From Octopus sinensis (taxonomy: Eukaryota): a stretch of 64,000 bases of DNA. Of this stretch, positions 26,216 to 39,895 are shown piece by piece. The stretch spans positions 161,696,001 through 161,760,000 of the forward strand of contig NC_042998.1 of the NCBI RefSeq assembly GCF_006345805.1, given 5' to 3'. The position numbers were made by a program, and so were the translations under genes. The notes below the pieces were generated by a model that ran no database searches, was not told where the DNA came from, and saw only the letters and a program-made list of their open reading frames with translations. Positions within the stretch are counted from its first letter, which is position 1; each line of letters opens with the position of its first letter.

Positions 26216-26612
26216 TACTCTTTTACTTGTTTCAGTCATTTGACTGCAGCCATGCTGGAGCACCGCCTTTAGTTGAGGAAATCGACCCCAGGACTTATTC
26301 TTTGTAAGCCTAGTACTTACTCTATCAGTCTCTTTTGCCGAACTGCTAAGTTACGGGTATGTAAACACACCAGCATCGGTTGTCAAGCGATGTTGAGGGG
26401 AACAAACACAGACACACAAACACACATATATATACATATACATATATACAACGGGGTTCTTTTAGTTTCCATCTACCAAATCCACTCACAAGGTTTTGGT
26501 CAGTCCGAGGCTATAGTAGAAGACACTTGCCCAAGGTGCTACGCAGGGGAACTGAACCCGGAGTCATGTGGTTGGTAAGCAAGCTACTTACCACACAGCC
26601 ACTCCTGCGCCT
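26216..26612 (-). mobile_element. SINE family A (full length)
   Basis: Family A head and tail. Confidence 0.9.
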
Positions 26613-26969
26613 GTCAATGTTCTTTTGTTGTCATTCACACCCTTTTTAGTGACTTCTCTCTCAGTTCGTTAGTCGGGTAGATATTGAACCAAGAGACTAA
26701 TAATAAAAGAGTGGAATTGAACCAGCGTATGTGTTACTAATATTTGTGTAGTGACTTTCCCTAGACACAACAAAATATGTATAAATGTATATATGTATGC
26801 ATGCACATACATACACATATACATGTACCATGTGCATACACAAATATATGCATATGTGTGTATATGTGTACGTATGTGTGTGTGTGTATGGATATTTCTG
26901 CAATCTATTTTTGTTTAGCTAACTTTCACATGTTTAATGAAGGTTATGTAAATGAAATAATAAATTTGG

Positions 26970-27665
26970 CTTGATGATGATGATGATAATGATGATGATT
27001 ATGATGATGATAATGATAGCAGCGGTAGTGATGATGATGATAATGATGATGGTGATGATGATGTCAATAGTGACATGGAAATCATGATATTAGTAATGAT
27101 GAGGAAGAAGAAACAGGACAAAGATTGCACAGAATATAATAATGATAAATTGTGATGGAATGGAAATAGTCGTGATGGAAGAAGATGCTAGTTAATGGAT
27201 GTGGATAGTAAAAGATAGAGAGAAGAACTAGGTTAAAGTTCATTCTGAATATGGAAATAAATAGAAATTAAAATGGCCAAGATAATAATACTGCTACTGA
27301 TGATGATAATGATAACGATGATGATTGTGATAGTAATGATGATGATGATGATAACAATGACTATGTTGATGATGATGACTACTATGACAAGGCACTGACA
27401 ATGATAATGATGATGACAAAGAGGATGATGATAACAATGATGATGATGATGATGTTGATACTGATGATGATAAATGACTACTATGGTGATAAGGATAATG
27501 ACGAAGATGAAGATACCAACAATGACAACAAGGGCACTGACAATGATGATGACACAGATGATGATGCTGAATATGAGATGATAACAACGACGATGATGAT
27601 GATGGGGATGACTATTGCAACAGTGGTTGTGTAGATAGCGCAGATTGTTGATGGTGATGTGATTG
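26970..27665. repeat. Cryptic (GAT/GAC/AAT)n trinucleotide tract
   Basis: ~700 bp of degenerate gatgatgat. It accounts for the poly-His/Ser/Met ORFs. Confidence 0.9.
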
Positions 27666-28528
27666 TTCCCACACTAAAGGTCTGTATTCCTTTCGGAGTA
27701 TTTCCACATGCAAGTCTCCTCTTGAGTATTATAATATCATTATTATTATTATAGTTTTATATCAATAGACAATCACTGTAGTGGGTTCCTTATCTGTTTA
27801 TTGTAGTGCTTCCTTCTTTTGCTCTATTTATTAAACAAATGATAAAATTAATCGAATACAAAAATCATTGTTTTCTTTCATTTTTGTTATTCAATTTTTT
27901 ATTTTTAAATTAAGCAAGATGGTTAAGGCTTTTTTTTGAAGCAATCTTAGCAGGGACATTCAACAAATGAAGATGTTTATCTCTAGTGTCAGTAACCTCA
28001 GTTTGATTTCTGTCTAATATGGAATGGTACAATCATGGTTTTATTATTTGATTTTGTTTTGATTCTTTGATAAATAATGTCTGCCACAATCCTTCAAAGG
28101 AAATTAACATTTCATTTTAAAAACAAATGTAATAAATTGACTGCAAATAATGGCCAATGATAATTCTATTGATATTTGTTGATGACTAATACATACTCAT
28201 TCATGTTCTCATATTAGGAAGACTCACATATACACATGTAGATATAGACATATAATGGACTATTGAATTGTCCATATATCTATCTATATACATTTATGTA
28301 TAAATATATGTGTTTATATATGTGTGTTACTGCTTTTTTTTTTTATAGTCATTATTAGTTCTTTTTAATATATGAAAGATATACATTCAAACAAAAATAA
28401 TCTTATATCATATATTTTTGTTTACTTCTCACCAGAACACTTGTGTGTGTGTATGTGTGTGTGTGTATACATTGCCAAAACACAGACAAATATGTATGTA
28501 TCTACTTATCTATCTATCTATTGATAAG

Positions 28529-28583
<55 letters not shown>

Positions 28584-28598
28584 TATATATATACATGC

Positions 28599-28629
<31 letters not shown>

Positions 28630-28984
28630 CATGTGTGTATGTATATATGTATGTAGACTTTATGGTTAAAGATTTCACTTTGCAATTATATAGTTTTGGG
28701 TTCAGTACCACTGTGTAGCTTCTTAACCTAAGCTTCTCCACCAAGTTAGCCCATACCTTATGAGTGCATGCATATATTTACACAGACACAGACAGACACA
28801 CACACGCGCACACACACACACATCATCATCATCACCATCACCTTTATTCATACCCTTACCATGTGAGTATAAGTTTGGTTGGGTGACCACAGTTGGAATC
28901 ATTATATGCTTCATGAGATACTTCTCACCTAGATAGGTGGGAGAATTGCATTTCACTTGTGCGTGTGTGTATGAAATATATATA

Positions 28985-29466
28985 TGGCTGTGTGGTAAGA
29001 AGCTTGCTTACTAACCACATGGTTCCAGGTTCAGTCCCACTGTGTGGCACCTTGGGCAAGTTTTTCTGTAGCCTTGGGCTGACCAAAGCCGTGTGAGTGG
29101 ATATGGTAGACGGAAACTGAAAGAAGTCTGTCGTATACCAGGTGGTGCTATTAAGTTAGACATGGCCTGGGCCAATAATGGCCGAAACCTATCAAAGTAT
29201 CAAAGTATCAAAGTATATATATATATATATATATATATATAATGTGTGTGTGTGTGTGTGTGTATCTATATGTGTGCCATTGTGTCTGTCCCCACCAAAC
29301 AGTTTGACAACTGGTGTTGATATGTTTATGTCTCCGTAACTTAGCAGTTTGGCAAGAGACTGATAGAATAAGTATTAGGCTAAAAATGTAAGACTTGTTA
29401 AACTAAAACCCTTTAAGGCAGTGCTCCCGCATGGTCGCAGTCAACTAACTGAAACAAATAAAAGAG
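28985..29466 (+). mobile_element. SINE family A with a ~90-bp internal insertion
   Basis: Head and tail match. Extra segment ~29138-29215 ends in (atcaaagt)x3. Confidence 0.85.
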
Positions 29467-29522
29467 TGCAAGAGTATGTATGTATGCACGCATGCATGTA
29501 TGTATGTATGTATGTATGTATG

Positions 29523-29590
<68 letters not shown>

Positions 29591-29595
29591 TCCAC

Positions 29596-29922
29596 TGAGA
29601 ACCCCTTCGGTCATGAATGACCATGGGAGTGCACCTAGAAAGTTACCCTCCCAGACACAAGTCCAGGCAAGGTTGTTTGTGGAAGAACAGCAGTTGCCCA
29701 GGCATACCAGCCTCCCTTCTCCACCCCATTGATGTTATCCAAGGGAAAGGCAAAGGCCAATACAGCTTAGCACCAGTAACATCACAACTCATTTCTACAG
29801 CTGAGTTAACTGGAGCAACGTACAACAAAGTGTCTTGCTCAAGCACACAACACTCAGCCCAGTCTAGGAATCGAACTCTCAATCTCATGATCGTAAGCTC
29901 GAAGCTCTAACCACTGAGCCAT
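29596..29922 (-). mobile_element. tRNA-head CORE-like SINE, family C (full length)
   Basis: Reverse complement atggctcagtggttagagc..gttcgattcctagactgggc..tgtgtgcttgagcaagacacttt..aactcagctgtagaaatgagttg. tRNA A/B boxes plus a CORE-like segment. Confidence 0.8.
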
Positions 29923-30412
29923 AAATTAGAAGCAGCTTGATACAAACAATGTTGAACACACACATAAACGAGGTGTATGTGTTGTTAGTTTGTCGGGCGG
30001 CTGCTTTTTAGGCATAAGAGAATATAATTTCAATGCCCAGGGCATTAAAATTATATTCTCTTACACCTAAAAAATGTAGCTGCCTCACGAACTAACAACA
30101 CACAAACCTCATTTATGTGTGTTCAACTTTGAATATGTACATACATACATACATACACACACAAATGTATATATTTATGTATATGATAGGCTCTTTTGTT
30201 GAAGATGATGTATAAATATTCAGCATTTTTGCCAAACAACCTGCACAAATGCTTCGTTTATAGTGATCAAATGTATATGCTGTATATAGCTCAGTCCCAC
30301 CATCAAACTGACATTGCCGGAACACATGTACAGTATACCACGTATCAGGTGCTGAAGTGATTGCAGATGATCTTTATCAATTTTGGACATATTCCTCATT
30401 ATAGTAGACAGA

Positions 30413-30484
<72 letters not shown>

Positions 30485-30942
30485 AAAGAGAGAATGCAAG
30501 CTGTGGTGTTTTTCTGTGTTCTCTTTGCTGTAAGTTTGAAGTTCTTTTGCATTTTGTGGTCGATAAAGTGCCAGTCTATATCAGAGCATGGAGAAAAGTT
30601 AGATCATCAGATTTCTTTTTGTTTTGAAGTAACTTTGGTTATTATTTCTAGCATGTTCAGTGAACATATAAGGGCTCACTCATTGTCTAGTATAAATATT
30701 ATGTATATAATGCACAGATTTATAAGGAAATGGGAAAACTGTAAGCAATTTGTTATTGATAATTCTTGCATAATTATAGATATATCTATTTGTATAAAGT
30801 GTAGATATGAATAGCTAGTTGTGAAGGCTTTGTGTTTTCTTAATGTGAGTACTGTTGATTACAACTCCTGATCAGTTTTCAGTGATGTGACAAGTTTTGA
30901 ACTCACAATGCAAAGACCCGGAACATATGTGTATATATATAT

Positions 30943-31015
<73 letters not shown>

Positions 31016-31149
31016 ATATTATATATATATATATGTTGGGCCTCCAAATGTAGTACCAGTTCACCCAAACTGTGATGTACAATGAAGTCTAGGTTGATGA
31101 TCATCAGTGTTGGCAGAGGGAGACTTTGCTGGGTTTTTTTATTATTATT

Positions 31150-31440
31150 ATTATTATTGGTCGTTGCCAGCGCTGCCTCGACTGGCCTCCATGCTGGTGG
31201 CACATAAAAAGCACCAATCATGGCCTTTGCCAGCCTCGCCTGGCACCTGTGCCGGTAGCATGTAAAAAGGGACCCACTACACTTATAGAGTGGTTGGCAT
31301 TAGGAAGGGCATGCAGCTGTAGAAACACTGCCAGATCAGACTGAGCCTGGTGCAGCCTCCTGGCTTCCTAGACCCCAGTCGAACCGTCCAACCCGTGCTT
31401 GCATGGAAAGCGGACGTTAAACGATGATGATGATGATGAT
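31150..31440 (+). mobile_element. RTE-type 3' tail
   Basis: ..ccgtccaacccgtgcttgcatggaaagcggacgttaaacgatgatgatgatg. Confidence 0.85.
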
Positions 31441-31512
31441 ATACATGCATACATACACACACATACAAATATACACACACGCACACCCACATGTACATAA
31501 ATAACTGAATAA

Positions 31513-31566
<54 letters not shown>

Positions 31567-31739
31567 TATATATATACATATATATATAATGGAGAAATTA
31601 TACAAAATGTATAAATAGATGATGAGCAAAGCACTGACACAGTTATGATTACCTGTTGTTATCCGTAGATGTATTGCAGGAACTTCGTAGTGGCGGTTGG
31701 GGTAACAGTATTAATAATATATATATATATACACACACA

Positions 31740-32495
31740 TTATGTTGGTAACTAAGGGCCACTCCCTCTGAGTGAAAGGCAAGTTGTATGATGCCTGTGT
31801 ACATACAGTTATGTCACATGACAGTGAAACATGGGCTTTGATGACAGAGAACTGGTGAAGGCTTGAAAGAAATGCAGGTAGCATGCTTCACTGGATGAAT
31901 AATGTCAGTGTGCACAGATGACAGAATGTAATTGACTTAAATGAAAAACTGGGTATAAGAGGCCTCAGATATTGTGTGCAAGAGAGAAGACTGCACTGGT
32001 TTGGTCATGTAATGCATATAGATGAGTACAGCTGAATAAGGAAATGCAAAGCTCTAATTGTGAAGGAAACCTATGGAAAGAGCAGACCCAGGAAGGCATG
32101 GGATGAAGTGGTGAGCAAGAATCTTTGGATGCTGGCCCTCTCTGAAGAAATGACAAGGACTAGAAGTTGTGGTGATTTGCTGTACTTGAGAAGATGCAAC
32201 AAACTAAGTAAAATCGGTGTCATCCATACATACAGGCTTGTCCTTTGCATGTGCCTGTGCCACATAAAAGGCACTTGTGCCAGTGCTACATAAATGCACT
32301 CATGCTGGTAACATGCAGAAAGCATCCCACATACTCTGTTAAGTGTTTAGTGTTAAGAAGGGCATTCAGTCATAGAAACCATGCCAAAAGAGATAATTGG
32401 TGTCTGGACAGTTCTTTGGCTGGCCAGCTCCATGTTAAACCGTCCAACCCATGCCAGAATCGAAAAGAGACATTACTGATGATGATGATGATGAT
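31740..32495 (+). mobile_element. RTE-clade LINE, 5'-truncated (C-terminal coding region, 3' UTR, (GAT)n tail)
   Basis: VKGKLYDACVHTVMSHDSETWAL...RLERNAGSMLHWM...LGIRGLRYCVQERRLHWFGHVMHI...KSRPRKAWDEVV. Confidence 0.9.
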
Positions 32496-32682
32496 AAATA
32501 CATACACACATACATATACACAAATATATATATATATATATATATATGCACATATATTTAGATACATATATACATATATATACATATGCACACACACATA
32601 CATACAAATATATACATACACATATGCATATATACATCTATCTATCTATCTATCTATCTACCTATAAATATATATGCATACA

Positions 32683-32724
<42 letters not shown>

Positions 32725-33696
32725 CTTATATATAAACATATGCATACATATTCATACATATATACATGCATATATACATACATACATATATATATCTATA
32801 TATATATACATATATATCTATATATATAAATGCATATATGCATCTGTCTATCTATATATATACATATATATGCGTATATATATATATATATAAACATATG
32901 TATATGTATACATATTTGTATACATACACACACACGCACACATATACACACAATTTTTATATAAGATATAACACATATTCATTATATGATATATCATACA
33001 ATATACAATTTTTTATACCATACAACAAGATATGAATCAGCCTTCTGAAGACAGACTGTTTTGAGAAGCAAGTTTTAATGGTGCAACTTTGATGTAAACA
33101 TTTACTATTAATATTAGATATTATTTCAGCTCCACAAAGAGTACTTGAACCCTTCATTCAGTGCACATTTAATGTATCAACTACACAAATCAATTAAACA
33201 AGAATATGCACACACATATAACAATTTGTACTGTTATATCTTAGCATATGATACAAAAATCATTGTGTAACATTTCACTTTATTATGTTGCTTAAAATAA
33301 GACAAAGCTATTTTACATTACACGTACACACAAACTCTCCTATATATACATGTCATATTTACAGCTAGATACTCATTACACAAACATAAGCATTCATCAT
33401 GTAAACATCATCATGCTCACACACATGTAAATATTTATTACACATATTCTTTTTCTCTTTTACTTGTTTGTCTTTTGACTGTGACCATGCTGGAGCACTA
33501 CCATGTATGAACATATGTAGACGTATATCACTCACTCAAAGATATACCCCTCACTAAAACATGCATCTTATACATGCATCACAAACATATATCAGACATG
33601 CACTAATATGCATTGCGCACTGAAATGTGTACCATATGCACAAACTTCTATTATGTACATGCATGTGCACACAAATTTGATTGCACAATGCACAAT

Positions 33697-34065
33697 AGGC
33701 ACAGGAGTAGCTGTGTGGTAAGTAGCTTGCTTACAAATCACATAGCTCCGGGTTCAGTCCCACTGCGTGGCATCTTGGGCAAGTGTCTTCTACTATAGCC
33801 TTGAGCCGACTAAAGCCTTGTAAGTGGATTTGGTAGACGGAAACTGAAAGAAGCCCGTCGTATATATGTATATATATATATATATGTGTGTGTGTCTGTG
33901 TTTGTCTACCTAGCATTGCTTGACAACCGATGCTGGTGTGTCACTTAGCAGTTCAGCAAAAGAGACAGATAGGCTTACAAAGAATAAGTTCCGGGGTTGA
34001 TTTGCTTGACTAAAGGTGGTGCTCCAGCATGGCCACAGCCAAATGATTGAAACAAGTAAAAGAGT
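33697..34065 (+). mobile_element. SINE family A (full length)
   Basis: Family A head and tail. Confidence 0.9.
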
Positions 34066-34452
34066 AAGTATTTATTACACACACAAACTTGCATTACACA
34101 TGCATATCACATTTACACTGGCTTGTTTCACATAAATAAATTAACATCAAACCCTCAAATAGGTATCATATATACAAGCACATTGCATGTAATATCACAC
34201 ATGCAAACAAGCTATATGTAATACATAAATGCACTCATACTTTTATCTTTCTCTTGATTCAGTCATCAGACTGTGGCCATGCTGGGACACCACCTTGATG
34301 AAATTTTTAGTAAAATGAATCAGCTTCAGTACTTTTTTTAAAGCCTGGTACTTAGTTTATCAGACTCTTTTGCCAAACTGCTAACTTACTGAAAAGTAAA
34401 CACAGCAGCACTAGTTGTCAAGCAGTGGGGTGGAGGGACAAACACAGACATA

Positions 34453-35975
34453 CACCCAGAACCATGCTAATAGCTTAGGTGTGAAATTTAGGATTTCTCA
34501 GTTTTCTGTGAATCGATTTTGATAAAACTTATCCCAGCTGGTTTACACACTATAGCTAACCATTGTTATGTTTTTATTATTCTGTATAATGTCCTTTCTT
34601 TTTTCTATTTCAGATTCTTCAGTTTTTGGGTGAACGATGCTAATAGCTTCTCTCTTCTCTAAGAACAATGAGATGTGGAAAAGACTTTAATGATGAAGAG
34701 AAGTCTGTCATCATCAAGAAAAATGCTAAAGGCACTTCTCTTCATGTCATTCCAGAGAAGTTAGGTTGTCATGTGGACACGGTTAGATAATTCCTGAAGA
34801 ACCCTTTGCCAAGGAAGAAACGATCCAACTGAGGAACCTCCAAGACTGTGACAGTTAGGAATTTAAGGAATATTGTCTACTAGTTACATGGAAAACCTGG
34901 ACAAACAAGCAAAGCCATTTTCACCACCTCTGGACTTCCTCTTGTACTGAAAACCACCAGAAATTGCATCCCTAGGACCATGGCTTCTGAAACTGCCTCC
35001 TTTAACGCCCTGTCATAGGAGTTTGAGGCTTCAAAGGCTCAAAAGTACATGACATTAAACACGAGTTGTGTTCTGTTCACTGATGAAACCAGGATGACTC
35101 TTGATGGACTTGATGGTTGGTCAAATGGTTGGGTCTATTTTGGAGATGAGCTTCACCAATGTTTATGACATCAACAACAAGGTGGTGCTGATATCATTGG
35201 GGACAGACCTGTTGGCCCAGTCAGGGTGCCTGAAGTGGTTAAAGTGACCACAGCCACCTAATACAAATTCCAGAAGGAGGTCTTGGATCACTGGATAGAT
35301 GACATACTGCTGTCACTTTTAAGGAATCTCATATTCATGCAAGACAATGCTCCCTCCCACTCTGCTAGGACCATCCAAACATTACTAGAGTCTTATGGCA
35401 TACAAGGTGAAAAGTTGATGGTGTGGCTGCCAGCATGTCTGGATCTCAACCCTATCGAAATCTTTGGTCCATTATTAAATAAGATGTTTATGCCGATGGA
35501 CGCCAATTTATGTCGAAAGATGTCTTATGGGTGACCATCAAAGCTGCAACAGAGGCAGTCCAGCTTGCTACTATTAAGAAATTGACAGATTCCATGACTA
35601 ATAAGGTTTTTTAAGTTATCTGTTGAAATGATGCTCATGTTGCAAAATAATTCATTATGTCAATAAATGTAATAACATTATTATGGTTTTCTGTTAAATA
35701 TATACTCAATATATGCTTAATATGTATCATTACCCTTCCTTTTCTGAAAAAAATAATGTCTAGACGGGTTATTTTCATTCAAAAGCTATTAGTGTGGTTC
35801 ATCCCAAAACTGAAGAATCTGAAATAAAAAAGTAGGATGTTACATAGAATAATGAAAACCACAATGGTGTTGCCATAGTGTGCAAACCAGTTGGGAAAAG
35901 TTTTATCAAAGTTAATTCACAGAAAACTGAAAAATCCCAAATTTCACTCTTAAGCTATTAGTGTGGTCTTGGTTG
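34453..35975 (+). mobile_element. Tc1-superfamily DD37E (TRT-like) transposon, full length, ~190-bp IR/DR terminal inverted repeats, TA target-site duplication
   Basis: Left TIR ~34453-34649 matches the reverse complement of ~35783-35975. Inner and outer repeats 'accayrctaatagctt'. TA at 34451-52 and 35976-77. Confidence 0.92.
34667..35650 (+). pseudogene. DD37E transposase pseudogene
   Basis: MRCGKDFNDEEKSVIIKK...; VLFTDETRMTLDGLDGWSNGW; IFMQDNAPSHSA..GIQGEKLMVWLPACLDLNPIE (37 residues between D and E); then NLWSIIK*DVYADGRQFMSK. Multiple stops and frameshifts. Confidence 0.9.
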
Positions 35976-38129
35976 TAGATGTATATATATATATATATAT
36001 AAAACAGGTTTCTTTCAGTTTCTGGCTACCAAATCTACTCACAAGGCTTTGGTCAGCCCGAGACTATATTAGAAGACACTTGCCCAAGGTGCCACACAGT
36101 GTGACTGAACACATAACCATGTAGTTAAGAAGCAAGCTTGTTACCACACAGCAATGCCTGAGCCTATGTATATGTATCTCATATACACACACATGTATCA
36201 GATGCATAACAGAAATATCTGTTTCTGAATATAACTTTGTTTGACTTTGGTACTATGTTTGTGTAATAGATTCTTAGTGTCTTTACTGGATAGATATGAA
36301 CCCATCGTATTTTAGATAAAGAGAAAATGAGTGCTTACACACACCTTGTGTATAAATAACAACTTTAAGTTCCATATCAAAGAAATATTAGAGGAAGAAT
36401 TTGCTTTTGGTAAGTGAAATTAATGCCGTGGAAAATGTTTAAAACCTGTTTCCAGTGATATAAAAACCTGATTCTTTATTGATGAAATATACTGTTTTTT
36501 TCTTTTTTGTTATATTAATTTGTGAGAAATTCTTGTTTAACTCTATTAAATTCCAATCATAATTTTGGTTTTTGATTCTTGTTTGGTAATTTGGTCTTTT
36601 GCTCTTAAACATAGCTGTTTTCCAAGCATGTGTTATTTTATTTTTTTTAAATTTTTTTCTCCTTTACTGAATTATTTGAAGACTGTTTGATCTTCTGTTT
36701 CTTGGTCTGTTAATTATCGACTTTTTTTTGTCTCTGGTGTCAATTAAAAATGCCCACTCAAATAAAACAAGTGACCATATTCAGTTTTATAACTTAATAG
36801 TTTATTCTCGGTGAAATAAACATGACACAAAATTTATAAAAATAAAGTAACACAGCACAAAGTTAATTCTTAAAACAAATTGAATCTGTTGAAAAGTTAA
36901 ATATTTATTATAGATATTATTATATAACTTTTATCAAATTTTCAGTGAGCCTTAGAAAAAGAAAATGTCTTTTTTATCTACAAACCAACCATGGACTTGT
37001 CTCTGGGGCTAGATTCTTGATTCTGCTACTTTCACTATCATTTCCATTTTTGTCTTTTAAATGTAAGTTATTACTCTGTTATTATCGGTTTCAGTCTATT
37101 TCTACAAAAAAAATTTCAAAATAAACATATATCATAATATGAAAATGCAGTAAAGAAAAAAAATTAAAACAATTTATTGATAAAACTGCAATCACAGTTC
37201 GTCTTGGTGAAGTATGTATTTTTGGAAAATGATAAAATCCTCTAAAAAAACAAAAACAGGAAAAACAAATATACATAAAAAAGATATTTTTATTTTCGAG
37301 GCTTAATAATTTTTAAGATTTTGATATCAATACATTTGTTCTATCTACCTAGCCTAATATACAGAAATATAAAAAAGATAATCAAATAGAGAAAATAAGA
37401 AAAATTTTAAAAAAAACTAGAGATAAAAACAAACACTGATAATGAAAAGGTTGAAGACATCATATTAACACATACATTTGAGTGAATATTGTGAATATTC
37501 TTTTATAATTTTTTGAAAACTAAAAAATTTAATAAATGAATAAGAGAAATATATATTGACTGAAGATTCAAGAAAAAAATCAAAAAGGTGTTATTGGTGA
37601 TGGTGGTGGTGGTGGGTAATAAGAAACTGAATAATAATTATATGCTGAGTGGTGCTTTTGAAAAGTTTCTTGGAATTGTTGTCAGATTTAGTGACAATTC
37701 AATGTTCTGGTTGTAAAAATTTATGAAATGTAGAGTAGAAAGTTATTCATGTGTAGTATATCTCTGTGACAGAACTGAAATCAAGCAGACGTATTTCAAA
37801 TAGGGGGTGAGGAAAAAAAAAAGCTAAACAAGCAGGAGATTATTCTATAAAACTTTAGAATAATCAAATGAAATACTAAATCATGGAAGTTGATATTTTT
37901 ATTGGTTCTTTTCCTTGTTTTATTTTTGTTATTTGTTCTCTTTTGCATTCATGTTAAGGCATGCAGTGAATATTTAAGAACATTAATTACACTTAAATTG
38001 ATTTAGTTACCTAGATGAGGTAGTCATCTATGAGACTTTTATACCTATTTCTTGCTGAAGAAATGTCTGAAAGCTGTTTGTTAAACCATGTACAATATAT
38101 AATGTGAACTACAGTAGCTGTAATATTGC

Positions 38130-38305
38130 TTTCAAATTTGGGCACAAGGCCAACAAGTTAAGGGAGGGAGTAAGTTGATGACATCGACCCTGAAAGGATG
38201 AATGGCAAAGTTACCCTTAGTGGAATTTGAACTTAGAATGTAAGACAGACAAAATGCTACTATTTTGCCCAGAGTTCTAACAATTCTGCCAGCTTGTTGC
38301 CTTAG
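38130..38305 (-). mobile_element. SINE family B, degenerate
   Basis: 'catcgaccctgaaaggatgaatggcaaag..tggaatttgaacttagaatg..ttctgccagct'. Confidence 0.75.
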
Positions 38306-38444
38306 TAGTAGATAAATAAGAAATTTAAAACAAATAGAAGAAATATCTAGTGTTCATTGTGGAAATTAACTAAGATTTTCAATGAAATAGACGACAATTT
38401 GTTTCATAATAAAACACATTTCTTTACACAAATCATTGTTTATT

Positions 38445-38665
38445 CTTTATCTTTTACTTGTTTCACTCATTAGACTGTGGTCATGCTGGGGCACCGTCTT
38501 GAAGGATTTAGTTAAACTAATCGACCCCAGTGCCTAGTTTTAAGCCTGGTACTTATTCTATCAGTCTGTTTTGCTGAACCACTAAGTTAAGGGGGTGTAA
38601 AGAAACAAATACCAATTGTCAAGTGGTGGTGGTGGACAAACACATAACAAATAAACACATCTGGC

Positions 38666-38696
<31 letters not shown>

Positions 38697-38905
38697 TAGT
38701 ATATATATGTATGTGTGTGTACATATATCTGCACACATACACACAACAGGCCTCTTTTATTTTCCATCTATTAAAGCCACTCTCAAGGCTTTGGTTGGCC
38801 CAGAGCTATTAGAGAAGACACTTACCCAAAGTACCATGCAGTGGAACTGAACCTGGAATCTAGTGGTTGGAAAACAAATTTCTTACCACACAGCCTCACT
38901 TGTGC
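38445..38905 (-). mobile_element. SINE family A
   Basis: Family A head and tail. Confidence 0.85.
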
Positions 38906-38941
38906 TTGTTTGTTATTTGTCTAATAAAAATCATATTTCAA

Positions 38942-39160
38942 CCCTTTAGCATATAAACTGGCCCTATTTGACCCAAATATTCTTCTTGATTTATGTTCAA
39001 ATCAGCCAGATCTGGCCTCTTACACCTATCCTACAATATCATTCCTAAAGTAAAGAGTCACATCATTGAAATCATAAAGCTACAAGACCATGCATAAGTA
39101 TTCAAAATAATGTAAATATATAAGCATTATATTTGCTAGAGTAATCCAAATGCTAAAGAG
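38942..39160. mobile_element. piggyBac-type MITE (219 bp)
   Basis: Ends tcaa|CCCTTTAGCAT ... ATGCTAAAGAG|ttaa. TTAA-type target site with CCC.. terminal inverted repeats. Confidence 0.7.
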
Positions 39161-39851
39161 TTAAACATATTCAATCTTTTTCTAACTCACTCAGTCTTTT
39201 GTATATGTGTGTATGCTTGTTCATATCTTTCTCCTCAGTAATCATAGACTTCATTCTGAAGATCTATGAATTTTCTTTGGAAAGATATAACAATGGTATC
39301 ATCTTGGCTTGTATTGATTTATTTGCAGTTTACCCAGCTAAGTTTGATGCTTTCCTAAGCTTACCATTGAGGCAATGGGCCAATTTAACTCACAGGCTGA
39401 GGGACTGGTTCATGAAACATTTGTGCATGTTTGCACTTTGGTGGACTTGTGTAACATGTCTGGGGTCCAGCCTTTGTTCAAATCCTGTATACTTTAACCA
39501 TAGGAACATTTTTGGTTATTTGACCTACTACTGGGGCTCTTGGCAGGTACTAAGTTACTATCATCCCAGGCTAAAGTGGATTTAGTAGTGGTAACAAAGT
39601 GGTAACTATTTATTCCTCAAAATCTTTGAGCTGGATTCTCAACTGACACACATACACACACAAAGCATATGAAGTTCTGTCTGTTCACCTAATATTTAAT
39701 GCTAAAAAGTTAATCATCAGTATAATTCATTTCTTTTTTTATGTCACTTCTCTCCGCATATTTGTCAGTTTTTGAATGTCAGATGTCCGTAGCTTTTGAA
39801 TTGAAGTATATATATGCTTTAATTAAAGTGTATATATATGCTTTAATTAAA

Positions 39852-39887
<36 letters not shown>

Positions 39888-39895
<8 letters not shown>

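Larger units (their letters stand above)
34245..36165 (-). mobile_element. SINE family A split by the DD37E transposon
   Basis: Tail half at 34245-34452 and head half at 35976-36165 flank the transposon at the SINE's internal microsatellite. Confidence 0.85.

Noticed and set aside
36278-36415. Strong GTAAGT donor at 36410 and protein-like upstream frames
   Set aside because: Every good acceptor gives an in-frame stop; only a weak AAG acceptor yields an open exon.
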